Assembly (NCBI GenBank): GCA_016906335.1
Contig: JADEYG010000009.1
Coordinates: forward strand, 1,116,001 to 1,180,000
Reading direction: 5' to 3'
DNA length: 64,000 nucleotides
Source: Novakomyces olei
Lineage: Eukaryota
Shown: positions 13,172 through 29,244 of the stretch, one piece after another
Position numbering within the stretch: position 1 is the first letter of the stretch
Layout: each line of letters opens with the position of its first letter
Translations under genes and position numbers: made by a program
Notes under the pieces: model-generated
What the model was told of the DNA's origin: nothing
Database searches by the model: none
Seen by the model: only the letters and a program-made list of their open reading frames with translations

Positions 13172-15277
13172 TCACTCTGTGTCCGTTACAAGAGCCGGGC
13201 TTTCATGCAACCGTTTTCGCGGTGCTCCACGGATAATCTGATGAGGCAGTTTGTGATAGATCGAGGCGATTGATCCTATATTTAATAAGAGTTCTTCCAG
13301 TACTTGAGAATCGGCCTGACCAATCTGTATACGAATTGGTGGTAATTCAGTATTGATGATTGCCTTTGCACTTGCTGGTTGCAAAGATATTAATCTCCAA
13401 TACATATAGCCTCGATCTCGAAGGTCAGGATCGTCTGTCTGCTCTGTTGACATTTTGAGAACTTGTGCTACCATACTCGAGCCCTTGGAAGGGTTTGTCA
13501 GAAAGAATTTCATGATAGCCGTCAGTATCGTGAGCTGTACTTGGCCTTGATCCTCTAAAAATCCTTGTAAATATTGCTGTAAGAGCCTCGCAGCCTCGGG
13601 TATTTTATGGCAGTATCGGCCCACGATCCATATTATGGCCGATTTGGCTTCTGGCTCTTCAAACTCGTCTTTGTTCTTGCAAAGTAGAGGCAAAAGGCTA
13701 TCGTATCGGTCTGGATACTTGCGCATTAGATCCCTTATGACCACAACTGCCTCTTGCATTAAGTAATTGATATTTGACTCGATAAATTCGCAAAGAATAT
13801 TGCTACAGCGGGTTGCAATCCCGTCTAATTTGATTGCCAATCGCCCAATTGACCAAATTGCTTTACGCACAAAATCGATATCCAACTCATTCGCATACTC
13901 TCTCAACTCTTCCAGGACGAATCCGATATTGTTATTGTCTGCCAGACCCACAATTATATCCAATTTTGATAATTTTACGTAAATCGGATCATCGTAATTG
14001 CAAAAGAAGATTTTTATGTCTTTACTCAGCAAGAAGGGGTACCGCTCTACTATCAACTCTGTGTTTTTTAGCAGCACAAATTGCAGTTCCGGTGACTTTG
14101 AAGCCAGCAGGCTGACTATACATATTATGTTAATATTGTATGGCTATGCCAAGGCAAAAGGAAAAAGAAAGAATTTTACCTAGAGGTGCAGAAGTCTTGC
14201 GAAGCAGTTCAAGTCTGTCCGTCGAATGGGGTATGTAATTAGTCAAGTAGATGATGACTTTGATAGCGGCCAATACAACAGCTGAGTTTGTGCTTTGCAG
14301 CCTCGAGACGACATTTTCAGCTAGGAACTGAGCGTCATGGCCCTCTTTAGGTACAAACGTAAGCAGGGACTCGAGGACGTAGATCTGGCTCCATCTAGAA
14401 GACTTAGTATTCGTCTCTTTCAACGATCTTATCAAAGAGAGACTTACTCGCTGCACTCGTGGAGGACAGAAGTTATTTTCTTCGAAATTTTTTGATTTAA
14501 AGACAGCGTAATGTTGTCGGATCGGTCGGAAATATCTGCCAAGGCCGTTAAAGCTGCAGCAACTACAGTAGGATTCTCATCCAGAAGCCGTTCCTTCAAC
14601 TCATTCACGAGGTTCGTCCGTTCAATCAATGTACGATCATGGGCATGAGCCTTGGCGACAGCAAGCGCAGCCGTTTTCCGCACGTAAGCGTCTTCGTCAC
14701 GCAAAAGATGACTCAGTGGCTCCACAAGGCTCACGATTATTTCTTTAACATGTATATACGATAAAGTTCGAAGTGCTAGTCCCCTGACCAAGGGATCATT
14801 GTCCTTTAAATCCTGACGGTGTTAGAAGCCACCCGAGAAACAATGAGCAATTATGACAAACAAGCCAGCGGCAGTCTCTCAGCACTTTAATTTGGCCTTT
14901 TATTGCACGATCCTTCTTGTGCCTTGATAAGCAAATCACTTACCTTGACAATAATTGGAAGCGCGTCCGCTGCCGCAATTGAATGTGACCGAGCATAGTT
15001 TATGAGGAAAAGAAAGCACATCTTTTTTATTTCCAGATCGCGGATACCCATACACTCAATGACCTCGGGAAACAACGAACTCATATCGTTCGAAAGAGTC
15101 ATATTGGCAATGATTTTCTTGAGCGCGACGCGTCTTTTTGCATGCTGCTTGTCTTTTGCCGCAGTAAGGTCTTGACGCAGGTCGGATACTTTGCTCTAAA
15201 ACAGATGTTAATACTTTACAAATCAATCGAAATCTGGTCTAATGCACCTTTGCAAATAGCTGTGAGTCGGGCGTCAT
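13172..15277 (-). CDS. APL1: AP-2 adaptor complex beta subunit (adaptin N); exons 15277-15248, 15195-14944, 14812-14448, 14394-14180, 14115-13172
   Basis: ALKKIIANMTLSNDM..LEIKKMCFLFL, YVRKTAALAVAK, FFCNYDDPIYVK and DDPDLRDRGYMYWRL motifs; no ear domain, as in fungal beta-2 adaptins. Confidence 0.85.
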
Positions 15278-17105
15278 CGGTGGCAAAGCAGCGCCTATAC
15301 ACTGCCTACTTTTTCAAGCCGTTGGTTGACAAGGGCACTCGTCCAGATAATTATCATAGCATAAAAGAAATGGGTAATATTAATTAATATATGGCAGTAA
15401 ATACAAAAAAATAGGCTTAAATGAATGAGCGTTTGGCTCGGCAGAGACTGCGACTTCGCTAATATCAAATGCGCTGTTAAATAATGATATGCAATTAACG
15501 ACTAAAGAGTATTCAGAAACTATTTAAAGAATATTTAGAAAATACTTGAAAGAACACCAGAGCCCTGCCGACTGTTCTTGATCTTTAACCCCACTCAAAG
15601 CAGCTTTACTATATATCAAAATCGATGAGTTTACGCCCAATATTCGTTAAAAGAGAGAGTACAACAGAAACCCAGACTAATGGTGAACAGTACACCATCG
15701 CCTCGCTCCACATTCAAGTAACCACGGCACAAGTAAGCGCGTCGATTGGGGCTATAATGGCGAAGGAATCCGACTGCCGCACTATTCGGTGATATTCTTA
15801 CTGGTATATTTAACCCGAATTATCTCCTTATGATAGGAGGATAAGCGTCGAATGCCAAAGTAAGCAGCCAGGGAACGACGTCCAGACTTAATTCAATTCT
15901 AGTTTATCTCTGGCAGTGTGCACGGTCTAGTTTGGTTTCAAGTACAAATCTCTCTGTAACCGCATTAATTTAATTGTTACACATCCGTCTATACAGAATT
16001 AGGTATCTCCCCTTGCAGGGGAAGCATGGCTCTAGAAGCGCACTCAGGCAAACGGTGGCAATTTTTTGGAAAAATACTTGTAATCTTGGCAGTTTTGGTC
16101 ACCTTTGCCCTGCAAACATTGAATAGCCTCAAACTGAACCCTCTGTTTTTCTATAGTGCATCAATTAAAACGCTGTACAATATTCCATATACATCTGTAG
16201 AGTCGTGGACTCCCGGCCGATTTCTACGTCAGTTTTGAATTACCATAAACGAACGATGTGTTATCGTAGCCATGTGTATTGATAACCGCCGAATTCAAGC
16301 AGCGTCATTGGGCCATTCTGACAACATATAATAATTACAAAAGATGTGAAAGCGACGTATAGAGATTAGAGATAATACGGTAGTAGGAGCCATCGAGCGC
16401 GAATACAGAAAAGCTTATAGCTACTGATCGCGTGCAGTTAACTTTCAGTCGCGTGCGCCGGCCAATTTCCTACTCAGACTGCTCGTGCGGACTACTGCCT
16501 CCACCGCTTTATTTATTTGTTTTTCACTTTCCCAAATCCTCTATCAGCGGCAGCCTCGGGACCCGTTTCCGCTGTGAGAGAATCTGGGACGAGATCTTTA
16601 GTGAGCTTTGTGCGAAAATAATATCACAGCTCTCTGCTCCGACTCTGCTTTTATTTACTCACGCGACCGACTGCCTCAGCAAAACCAGGAGCTCCTCTCT
16701 CGGTTCTTGTCCAGGTCCAATAAGCACGTCGCTTGAACCGTCGGCTGAAATATCAGATAAAGCGAGGGTCTACTTGGGTCGACGATACGACTAGATTGAA
16801 ATCTAGTCGGCCAGTTCTAAAGGCGGCAAAAGAGATCACAAGGCTTTTTGCCTGTCTTTTACTCTGCCACCGCAGCCTCTCGGCGCGCTAGCTCTATCTC
16901 TAATACCCAGATCGGCTCTTGCTACATTTTATTTTATTTTTATTTGTTTTTCATTTTTATTTGTTTTTAATTGATTTTTTTTCTATTTGTTTTGTTTCTC
17001 TGTCTCTCTGTCTCCTCTTCTACAGTCGACTATACTACTTTTGGCCTCAACACCTACATCTGCCCAACCTGGACTCGTTTCTGATCCAGCCTGGTCTAAG
17101 GAGAC

Positions 17106-18245
17106 ATGACTCTGGAAGAAGATTTGTATAATCGGCTTCGCGCGCAGCATCAGCATCCACGGAATCCGACAATGGCACAGAGTCGAGGGCCCGAAACGGC
17201 GAGCGATGCAAAGACGAGTACGCAAGCAGTGCAATCAAATCAGCACACAAGCACTGCTCTTAATCAGCAGGCAAACCAGTCATCTAAGCCGCCAGCGAAT
17301 AATCAGGCGCCTGCTCCCTCTGATCCCTCTGTACATACAAATCGACGAAAACCAGCGGCTCCTCTGTCCTCGGCAGCGAGCTCGCTTTCTCCCGACTCTG
17401 TTCTGTCCCGGAACCATAGCCGAATGGCCTCTTCCTCGTCATCGCTCACTCTGCATGCTGCAAACAAAGCAGACGCATGGTCTCAGCCGCCAAACTGCAG
17501 GCAGTTTCATCCGGCTAATCCTCCAAAGACTCCATTGTACAGGCCTGCTCAATTGAGAAACAATAATGTGGCTCTCGCAGCTTCAGGAACAGAGAATTCT
17601 GATGATTGCTGGAGCGATCTAGCCGGCTCTTCAGCTGGCAGTGATGGACCTCACGCTGCTTTTGCCTATGTTCCTCTGCCAAAAAAATCGCACTGGCGGA
17701 GCGATTACGAGGCTCTTTCCTGCGCTGATCTAACATGCAAACGTAGCTTTTCCCTCTTGGGTCGTAGGCACCATTGCCGGAGGTGTGGCGAGGTCTTTTG
17801 CGGCAAGCATAGTAGTAAACGCGTAAGCCTAGATCAAAATGCTCAGTTTAGTGTTCGAGGCCATAACTGTCGGGCCTGTGATGGCTGTGCTGTCGAGTAC
17901 CAAGAGTTCTTGAGCCTCGGCAGTGTTTCCTCAAGTCAGGGAAACACTGGGAACGGTAATGGTCCGGGGGCAGTTGATTCTACTGCTCTAACTAGTGGAT
18001 CCTCTTCTAATGCCTCCGAGTCTGCTCTTTCTGCGGAAGCCAGGCACCGTGATCTTGTAGAGAACAGGCTGAAGCAGCACAGCGAGTCCTTTGGTACTGA
18101 GCGGCCTTCAGCACAGCAAAAGCTAGAGCCTGTTGGATGTAATATGAAAAGCGGAGGCCAGAATGATGGGAACAACCCTCTGCATTATGGCGGAGTAGTT
18201 TCGAGTTTCAAGGGATTCGAAAATTGGACCTGGTCAACCTTTTGA
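17106..18245 (+). CDS. PIB2: FYVE-domain protein, Pib2-like TORC1 activator
   Basis: WxxD and RRHHCRRCG FYVE signature, upstream PLYRPAQLR motif, and C-terminal WTWSTF tail matching the Pib2 tail motif. Confidence 0.8.
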   Translation: MTLEEDLYNRLRAQHQHPRNPTMAQSRGPETASDAKTSTQAVQSNQHTSTALNQQANQSSKPPANNQAPAPSDPSVHTNRRKPAAPLSSAASSLSPDSVLSRNHSRMASSSSSLTLHAANKADAWSQPPNCRQFHPANPPKTPLYRPAQLRNNNVALAASGTENSDDCWSDLAGSSAGSDGPHAAFAYVPLPKKSHWRSDYEALSCADLTCKRSFSLLGRRHHCRRCGEVFCGKHSSKRVSLDQNAQFSVRGHNCRACDGCAVEYQEFLSLGSVSSSQGNTGNGNGPGAVDSTALTSGSSSNASESALSAEARHRDLVENRLKQHSESFGTERPSAQQKLEPVGCNMKSGGQNDGNNPLHYGGVVSSFKGFENWTWSTF

Positions 18246-19195
18246 TGGAGCCCCTTGCCATTTTTATTTATTTTATTAATTTACTGTTTTGTTATTTTCT
18301 GTATTTGTTTATGTCCTCTTTGCACTCTCTTGTCTCGTTACCTCTAATTTTTCCCTCCTTGGTACTAACTCCTGCTCTCCTTTTTCATGTTCACCGATAA
18401 CGGCTGCCATAAGTTGCTGTTTTGTAATGTTTATTTGATTTGTCTTGGAGACGGTTGTTGATTGTCTTTAATGGAAGAAGGCCGGTTAGAATTTGGATGC
18501 GCGTTACATTTTTTTGGTCGCGGTTTTTTATTTAAAGAGTATCAGGACGCCTTTTATTGGCGCGATATGAATTTCATCTACATATCTTCTACATCAATCC
18601 TTATCAATTTGGGTCGGGTTTATTCAGCAGCTCTTGTCATGAATTTATAGATCAATATTTCCTAATTTAAGGCCACAAGGTTTTACTATTCCCGACATGA
18701 TAAGCATTTGGTAAATGCAGCAACAAGTAAGCGGCTTGAGCGAGCAAAACATTGAGAACGTAGAGGGAAGAAGGACAGTTTCGTTTGGGATTTATTGCAC
18801 AAATTCAACAGCAGGAAAACAGTTTAAACAAAATACACTAGACAAGAACAAAAGTGATAATAAGATGAAATAAAATGTAATGTAGAGGTAGTTTTACCAA
18901 TCTCGTTGCCGCCAAGCTATCCCTTGTCTTTATGTACATATTATCCCATCTTGTAGGTAGGACAATACTTGCAATTATTGGTTTTTTCTTTTCATTTTTC
19001 AATCTTTATATATATATATATCCCTTATAGTCTGCAAGCAGCACCACCGGGACAATCGTTGACAGAATGGAAATGAAAACGGGACTAAAAACGGAGACGG
19101 ACTAAAAACGGAGACCTAACGATAAATCGTTCATAAATTAATTTATTAATTAATGTAGGACAAGGGAAAATTTAAGGCATGCAGATACACGCACC

Positions 19196-21799
<2,604 letters not shown>

Positions 21800-21859
21800 T
21801 TCGGCTGGCAAATGCTTAATCGGCTGCCGATGAAAATGAGCCGTTTACAAACAAAACAG

Positions 21860-21868
21860 AGTGGCAAC
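21860..21868. promoter_or_regulatory. putative PACE/Rpn4 site AGTGGCAAC upstream of CDC48
   Basis: Matches the RGTGGCAA Rpn4 motif about 60 nt before the CDC48 ATG; CDC48 is an Rpn4 target in yeasts. Confidence 0.45.
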
Positions 21869-22182
21869 GAGTGCACAGTCGGGTGATGTTACGCAAGCAG
21901 CAGCGTCACAGCGTTGGCTTTATATTATCGCGACGATTGCGTATGCACTATCGAAACTATGGAACAATGGAAAACCCTGTACAGATAGTGTTTGTGTCAA
22001 GTACACTTGCTGCAGGATTGCTTGTTTGGTTTTATCAGGTCAGTTTCGATTTTAAGCAATACTCCGGCAGTATTGCTTGGCCGAGATTACACGATGTCGA
22101 TGTCTTGCCAAATAGCAGGCGACTGACTATTCGGTAATTATCTGCAATAAATTGTTTAATAATTAATTAGGCGTCCAAAGTG

Positions 22183-22270
22183 CCTTTTCAAAGACCTTTT
22201 CAGACCTTTTCAGACCTTTTCAAACCTTTTCAAACCATTTCAAGCCTTTTTCAGACTTTTTCAAACACTT
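22183..22270. repeat. imperfect ~10-bp tandem repeat (CCTTTTCARA) in the CDC48/palH divergent intergenic region
   Basis: About 8 copies directly visible. Confidence 0.85.
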
Positions 22271-22399
22271 TTCAAAGGCCTTTTCAAACTGTGACCGTTT
22301 CTTCAGTGTGGCCGAGGCCATTGTATCGCATAAGCATCGGCACTAGCCTTCCAGCCAGTTCCAGCCAAGGCAGACTGTAGCACAAACAGCGCTTGGCTC

Positions 22400-24040
22400 A
22401 TGTTTGCTGGTCCGGAGAGGACGCTTGATCTGCTCTCGCACTGTCGCTCCACTGTAGCTTACGTCAACAACAGCCTTCAGTACGTGGACCTTCGGCCTGA
22501 TGGGTCTAGCTATGGCCCTCTGCAGCGCATTGAAGGCGATTTTGCCCTGATTGGGTGTATGAGCCTGGACAATCGTGCGAATACAGGCGCGACTACGCTC
22601 GACGGCAGTGGCTACGGCTCATCCGCGTCACACGATCCGTTCTACTCGTCCACGATCCCACAAGCTTACGCAGTAGCAATGGCGTGTAGCATGTGCTGGC
22701 TCTTTGTCGTCATCCTGCTGCTCAATGTCCGGCCCTGGCTGCAGCGGTTAACTGCCCTTCTTATGGCCGTCTACACGACCCTTATAATTTCTCTGTTTAC
22801 TGATAAGCTGAGGGAGCAGTACTACGTGGGCACGTACAACACAAAGCAGGCAAGACGCGTATTCATATCTACCGCGATAGCAGCAATGGGCGTAGTCGCC
22901 GTCTTTGCTGCCCGACTAAGCGAAGTGCAGATTATGGTGAGACTGTACGCAAGGCAGTCCAATAAGACTGTCGTCAAATGGACGGGACTGGCAGTTGCCT
23001 GCCTCGAACTCGTGTTTGAGTGTATCGATAGCTTTGTACGAGAGCCACGAATGACTCGTCCTCACTCTCACTACTTTGCCGATGCAATGACTGCGTGCCA
23101 TGTGCTCAATTATATATTCAAAATTGGCTTTTCTACCTCTTTTGCTCTCGCCGTGCTCTACTACAGCGTCTCCATGCAACGCTACCGCCTGTCTTACTGG
23201 GGCCGAAGGGGTCTCCTCGCTATACTTAGTCTTGTTACACTGTCCGGGCCTATCGTTATCCCCATCGTATTGCTGTGGGACGCTCGCACTACTGGCTGGG
23301 CTAATTCTGCCCGTGTCTGCCTCCTGGTCGCTGAGATTGTGGTCGTTTGGGAGTGGGTGCTGAGGATTGAGAGAGCACTTGACGTTGAGCGTCGGGGAGG
23401 GGCCTTGGGCCGGGAAATTTACGAGGACGAGTTTAACGATGAGCAAGGTGGCAATGACGCAGGCGGGGCAGGTATGGATGAGAAGACGGGAGTTGGCCGG
23501 TCAACTGTCTCCTCCAGATTACTGCGCTCTCTGTCCTCTTGGCGTAAGGCTTCACCAGGTTCCGACTCTGAGAGCTTATCCTCGAGTGGCAGACGCATCT
23601 CCTCAGACAGACGTCGGCTTAAGCCTCGAACTGTGTACAATAATACCTCCAGCAGTAGCAGTAGTGGAAGTAGTACCGGAAACAGTGGCGGCGCTGGGTC
23701 GTTTAGTCCTTGTGGTGGAGAAAGTGCAGCTGCCCCTTCGTCCCGACTGTCCTCGAGCCCGAGTGCCCAGCGTGTAAGCTCACAAGGATCGGGGTCAGGG
23801 TCAGTTTTACTCTCCCGCACGCTTCGGCCGGGAACAATTTCTCGCTCAGATCCGGAAAGCAAAAGGAATCGTTCTGATTCTCAGAGCAATACTGCCCTAG
23901 GCAGCCACGATTCTATGGGAGGACATGGGATTTTTGATGGTTGCTCATTGCCTGCGGCTCAAGATGATCAAGTGCCGCCCGAGTTTGTGCCACATCCTGG
24001 GTTCCAGCAGGGGGATTACTGGGAGGATGAAAAGGTTTGA
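22400..24040 (+). CDS. palH: PalH/Rim21-family 7TM alkaline pH sensor
   Basis: RPWLQ, EVQIMVRLY and WEWVLRIE...GALGREIYEDE motifs, multiple TMs, Ser-rich cytosolic tail. Confidence 0.8.
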   Translation: MFAGPERTLDLLSHCRSTVAYVNNSLQYVDLRPDGSSYGPLQRIEGDFALIGCMSLDNRANTGATTLDGSGYGSSASHDPFYSSTIPQAYAVAMACSMCWLFVVILLLNVRPWLQRLTALLMAVYTTLIISLFTDKLREQYYVGTYNTKQARRVFISTAIAAMGVVAVFAARLSEVQIMVRLYARQSNKTVVKWTGLAVACLELVFECIDSFVREPRMTRPHSHYFADAMTACHVLNYIFKIGFSTSFALAVLYYSVSMQRYRLSYWGRRGLLAILSLVTLSGPIVIPIVLLWDARTTGWANSARVCLLVAEIVVVWEWVLRIERALDVERRGGALGREIYEDEFNDEQGGNDAGGAGMDEKTGVGRSTVSSRLLRSLSSWRKASPGSDSESLSSSGRRISSDRRRLKPRTVYNNTSSSSSSGSSTGNSGGAGSFSPCGGESAAAPSSRLSSSPSAQRVSSQGSGSGSVLLSRTLRPGTISRSDPESKRNRSDSQSNTALGSHDSMGGHGIFDGCSLPAAQDDQVPPEFVPHPGFQQGDYWEDEKV

Positions 24041-24627
24041 TTGAAAGGATTTCGTATAAATTGGGGTTTTCTTTTCGGGTTTCTTGGGGTTATAATTGGT
24101 TGATTTCTACGACTTTTGGCTTTTATTCATGTACTTTATTGCGGCGGATCGGACGTGTACAGTGGCTGCGTTTCGTCTTTTGTATCATTATTACGCATGT
24201 ATTGTACTGGTTATGTACTAGTTTTTTTTTTCCCTAATTTCATATTGTTCTACATGGACACGTAGTGTCCATTTCATTCGCCTCTGTTTGGAATCAGACG
24301 GATGGCGGGATTGCGGTACAATAAATCGTGTTCTTTTTACTGTGCATAATATTGAAAATTGTTTACATGTGAACTTGGACTGATCGTCGGCCGGACGAGT
24401 AACGAACGTGATAATATTGAATTAATCATATGCGACTCTTTTCTATATTCTGATAATGCATGTCGAAAGATGTAACGAGTAAATGATTGAATCCGGGGAA
24501 CTGCAGCCGTGCGCCACTATTCCAGTATGCGTACAGAAATAGTCTACAAATAATTGTCTCTAAATAGAACCTGGCTCGGTATAATAATTTGTACCCAGCG
24601 CAAGAAAAAGAAATCGGAGGAAAAAAG

Positions 24628-24658
<31 letters not shown>

Positions 24659-24760
24659 AAAAGGATAAAAGGCCCAATTGCGGGAATAATAAGAACATAG
24701 ATGATAGATTAAACAGAATGTAAATAGCTCGCTTCCTGTATAGGTCCACAGCTAAGCGGC

Positions 24761-27453
24761 TCAGTTTGTAAACAAAAAACTGAGGTCGTCGACAGAAAGT
24801 CTATTCAAAGAAGCCTCGTCCTTGTTGATGGTAGCATTAATCATATCCGCCTTCTTTGCTTGCAATTCAACAATCTTCGACTCTATAGAGTTTTCTATAA
24901 TGAGCCTTGTAATCCGAATAGGACGCCGCTGGCCCAGACGGTGAACCCGATCAGCAGCCTGCCATTCAAAAGCCGGATTCCACCACGGATCCACGAGAAA
25001 CACTTGAGAGGCCTCTGTCAAATTGAGCGCGACTCCTCCGGCTTTTAACGAGACCAGGAACACTCCAACTTCTGGCTTTTCATTAAACACTTTGATAGTG
25101 GCAGCACGGGCCTCAGGTGTCATGCTTCCATCCAGCCGAAGGCAATTAAACCCGGCTCTACGCAGTCGCCAACCAATCAAGTCCAGCATGGACGTAAACT
25201 GGCTAAAAACGATTGATTTAATTGTTTTGTCATGATGACGCAGCCTAAACAACTCCTCTGCCAGCGCTTCGATCTTTGTTGAGCTCTTCCAGCGCGACAT
25301 ATCGATGCGGTTAAGGATACTCTTCAGTTTGCCAGCCTCCTTTTCTGTATTGGTGGCCAATGGTGGTGCAGACAGGTCAATTTGTATGGGGACATTGCAC
25401 ACAGGGCAGTTTGCAAAACTGTCCTGAGCAGCACTTTCCATATACTCGGATATACACATGCGACAAAACGTATGATGGCATTTAGAAGAGATTGGATCTT
25501 CAGCTACCTCATCACAGATACGGCAAATCAGCTGTTCTTCCCTCGCATCAAACCCCCAATCCTTGCGCGAGATAACGAGCTCTGGATGATTCGCCATCTG
25601 CCTCATTCTTGTAATCAGCTCAAAGATGTTTGCATAATTGTTCAAGACAACTCCCCGCTCAACAAAGGTATTGAACCGTCTTTGACTGGCCGTGAAAAGA
25701 CTATTGTATATGTCTTCTTCCTCCTCATTGAAAACATCACGTCGGCAGGTGACTACCCGAGGCGGAAGACCCAAGTCATCGGCCCTCTCAATTTTTGTTC
25801 GGCGGAGCATTATACGCGACAGCAACAAGTGGACTTTATCGTAGGCTTTTCGGCCATCGCCCACAGCGCCGAGCCTTTGTATAGGCCGTAGCAGTTCACG
25901 GTTAAAGTACCCAAAATGCTGCATGCCTGTGTGTCCACAACCGGCACACCTGGTGCTGTTATATGTGGTAGAGCAAAGCCAGGTCATTGACTTGCAAGGG
26001 CAAGATTTACAGAAATAATAAGCAAACGGCTCAATATTGAGAAAGCGTAAAAGTGAAAAGAGTTCTCCAATACGGTTCTGCAGTGGAGTACCCGACAGGC
26101 ACCAGCGACGGTGGCCTTTAAGCTTGAAGATACTGCGGGCTGCCCCACAAGTCCTGTCCTTTATGTTGTGAGCCTCGTCCAGAACGATTCGAAAAAACTC
26201 TATACTGTGCAGTTTGCTCTTTATTTTGATCTTTTGCTTGTTGCGCTTGACTCCACTCATTTCCTGACGCATTGCATGTTCACACGTGGCGTACGTTGTG
26301 AGGACTACGTCATACTTGCAAATCTCCTGGCACGACAAAGACTTGGCCGCCGTTCCATAGTACAAAAGTGTGGATAGACCGCCCTGCGTGTACCTTTCAA
26401 TCTCTGATTTCCACTGCATAAGAGCCACCGTTGGAGCAATGACGAGTGTAGGTTTTCCCCGTGGCTCACTCAGCAAAAGACCAATCATCTGTATCGTTTT
26501 TCCCATACCCATCTCGTCGGCTAAAATGCCTCCATGGAACTCTGTTTCCTCTTGGGCCCTCATCCAAGCAACTCCTTCGACTTGGAACGGAAGCAGAGAT
26601 ATAGTAAGGCCTTTTGGCTGATTCGCCTCTCGAACAGAGTGGGGCGGTATCGCTTCCAGGGCTGCCCATACCGTTTTGAGCTCGGGATGAATCTCTTCCA
26701 CTTCAGGTGCCGGTGTTGCCGGGACTGATGGTTTACGGTTGCCGGCTCTTTCTCTCCGCCGAGATGTTGAGGATCTAGAAGATTCTACACGCTGAGATGA
26801 GCTGGTGTTTTCTGCTTCCTGTTGTGCAGGTTCCTCTTCCTCGTCGTCAAGGAGCTGTACGTCTTCTGTGTCAGTCGAGTCACGCCCTTTCCCAGAGCTT
26901 TGGTAGGATAAGTCACTGCTAGAGTCAGAGACTTTGGCCGCGTCATCGTCACTGCTCCCGTCTTCGTCAAAGGCGGCAGGAAGAGTCCGTTTGCCTCTAC
27001 GAATTGCACGTTTTCGTGGGCCAAAGTCCTCTTCTGATTCGTCTGATAGTGCCTCGATCTTTACCTCGTCTTTGCCTTGTTCCATCTTGCTTTCATCGCC
27101 TATACTAGAGCCCTCATCGGGTTCAGTGGCCCCGTTTATCCCATTGATTTCTTGATCAAATGTCGCACTTTTATCCTCTTTTTTGGTGGTTATTTGTACA
27201 GCCGGCAGTTTGCCGCTGCGAACTACATTTTTGCCCTTTTCCGCACGTTTTGCAATCGCAGCAGGATCGGTTGCAGAGGCGGGTAAATCATCTACAAAGG
27301 CGGGTGTTTCGGTCTTTGCCTCCGAGAAGCTCGAGCCGTCCAGCGAACGCCGAACCCGATCGCCCGCAGCAATAGCTGCCTGCCGTCGTTGTCCCACTAC
27401 TGCATTCGTCAGTATATTTGTAATCCTTTTTGGCTGTGCTCAGTACCTCGCAT
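24761..27453 (-). CDS. RAD16: Rad16 SNF2/RING nucleotide-excision-repair ATPase; probable 7-nt first coding exon 27453-27447, then 27399-24761
   Basis: GGILADEMGMGKT, DEAH, RING (CRIC...CHH.FC..C...CPVC), KSSTKIEAL, QAADRVHRLGQ. Confidence 0.93.
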
Positions 27454-28552
27454 CGACCGTTGGCCGTTACCGGTCGTCGGTGTAATATACTGATTATATT
27501 ATATTAGCGTGGTTTTTTACACGCTAACATATTAAAGATTGGGTTGTGACAGATTTACCGGATGAAATTGTAAAGAAATTTCGTACCCTGCAGAATAGGT
27601 GAGAGTACGATAAAAGTATACTCTTTCAGCTGCATAATTTAATATAGCAGAGTGATATTATAGGTGTTTATGACTAAAGGCGCAGCACAATCACAAAGTC
27701 ACACACAATGTTTGCATCACAAAGTCACACACAATGTTTGCCTTTTAAATTATTACAATTTATTTTTTATTATCGTGGATTTGGGCTCCCACGCTCCGTG
27801 TGATTATTATCTGTGTCCTTGATGTCATGAAATGTGTGCCATATAAGTTGTAAGTAACGCCACCAGCAGCAATACTTGCGCAAAGATGGTTCATTCATTG
27901 GTACAAATAGGTACAGCGCGTTAGCAGCAGCTCGCAGCAGGTGAGAAATCTCCGCTAAATATAATAAGTCTGTCTGCTCAAGCATGTCAATGTACTCGTC
28001 ATCTATTGCACCTGATTACCCTGATTATACTGACCAGCTCTGCGCGTAACATTGATGACAAGTGAGTTTTCGCATAAAACGATATTTAACGTTATTGCTA
28101 TCACACTCTCTCATACGTTTATATGAAATTAATGGATAGACTCGCTCTTTGGAAAGAAAAACAGGATAAACACGCACAAGAGTTTCAGCTGAGTCCCGTA
28201 AGGATTCGTTCCAACTAATTGTATTACTATATATCGTTAGACGGGCATTCATTCGATAAGCTGTGGTCACAATAGGTTAGTAAGGTAATATGAGAATGAA
28301 TTCATAAATTTTCAACACTTGCAGTTCCAGCATTTGCTCTTCCACATAACTTGAATTTATTATATATCTACTCCACATATGAGGGTGTTTTGTGCGTGGA
28401 TTAGCTCGATAAAGCACGTTGCTGATATAGCAAGCGCAGTTCTCATATATATATTATTCATTTCCGTGCACACTATATTACTTACTACAGGCTAACGGTT
28501 TAGCATATATGCCACGTCCATGACGTAGCAACGTGGCAGACTGGCAGACAGA

Positions 28553-29244
28553 ATGCACGACTATTATGCCCTGCTGCAAGTCGATCCTAACGCGTCCTCA
28601 GAAGTAATTCGAAACGCGTACAAACGCGCTGCACTGCGCGAACACCCGGATCGGTATCCTGATTCAAAGCGCGAGCAGCAAACACGCAAATTCCAGCTTG
28701 TAAATGACGCATACTTTATACTCTCCGATGCCAGCAGGCGCCGCGAGTATGACCAGCAGAGAGCTTCTGGAGGCGCTGAGGCCGATGACAATGCTTCTAC
28801 GTTTAGTGCTGAAGATGCAGATCAACAGTTTGGAGAAGCATTCGACGAGATGATGCAAGATGCCGGTGTTGATGAGCATGGGAATGCTACACACGGCCAA
28901 TTATGGGGCTATGCTGGTGCTGGAGCTGGAGCCGTGCTTGGTTTCATTCTTGCGAATGTGTAAGTTTTTACCGGCACATACAGGGAGCCTTGTTTATATG
29001 TGCTTTTTTTTTTGTTTGGGTTATTTTAGTGTCACTATTCTCCGGACTGTTTGATCTGAAATACTAACTGCACAGTCCTGGAGCTCTTGCAGGCGGTGCC
29101 GCCGGTCATACATTGGGGCGCATTCGCGATCGGCATGGCAAAAGCGTTTATTCGACTTTTCAGGAAATGCCGCAGTCTGAGCGTTTGCGGATACTACAGT
29201 TTCTGGCTGTGCGCTTTCTACAGCAAGCAACAGGTCTCAAGTAG
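28553..29244 (+). CDS. DnaJ-domain protein with Gly-rich hydrophobic C-terminal segment; one intron (~28960-29076)
   Basis: DYY...HPD J domain. Splicing continues in frame as ANVPGALAGGAAGHTLGRIRD...TAG. Confidence 0.85.

Noticed and set aside
27770-28270. Two short minus-strand ORFs upstream of RAD16
   Set aside because: No recognisable domain and no plausible intron joining them.
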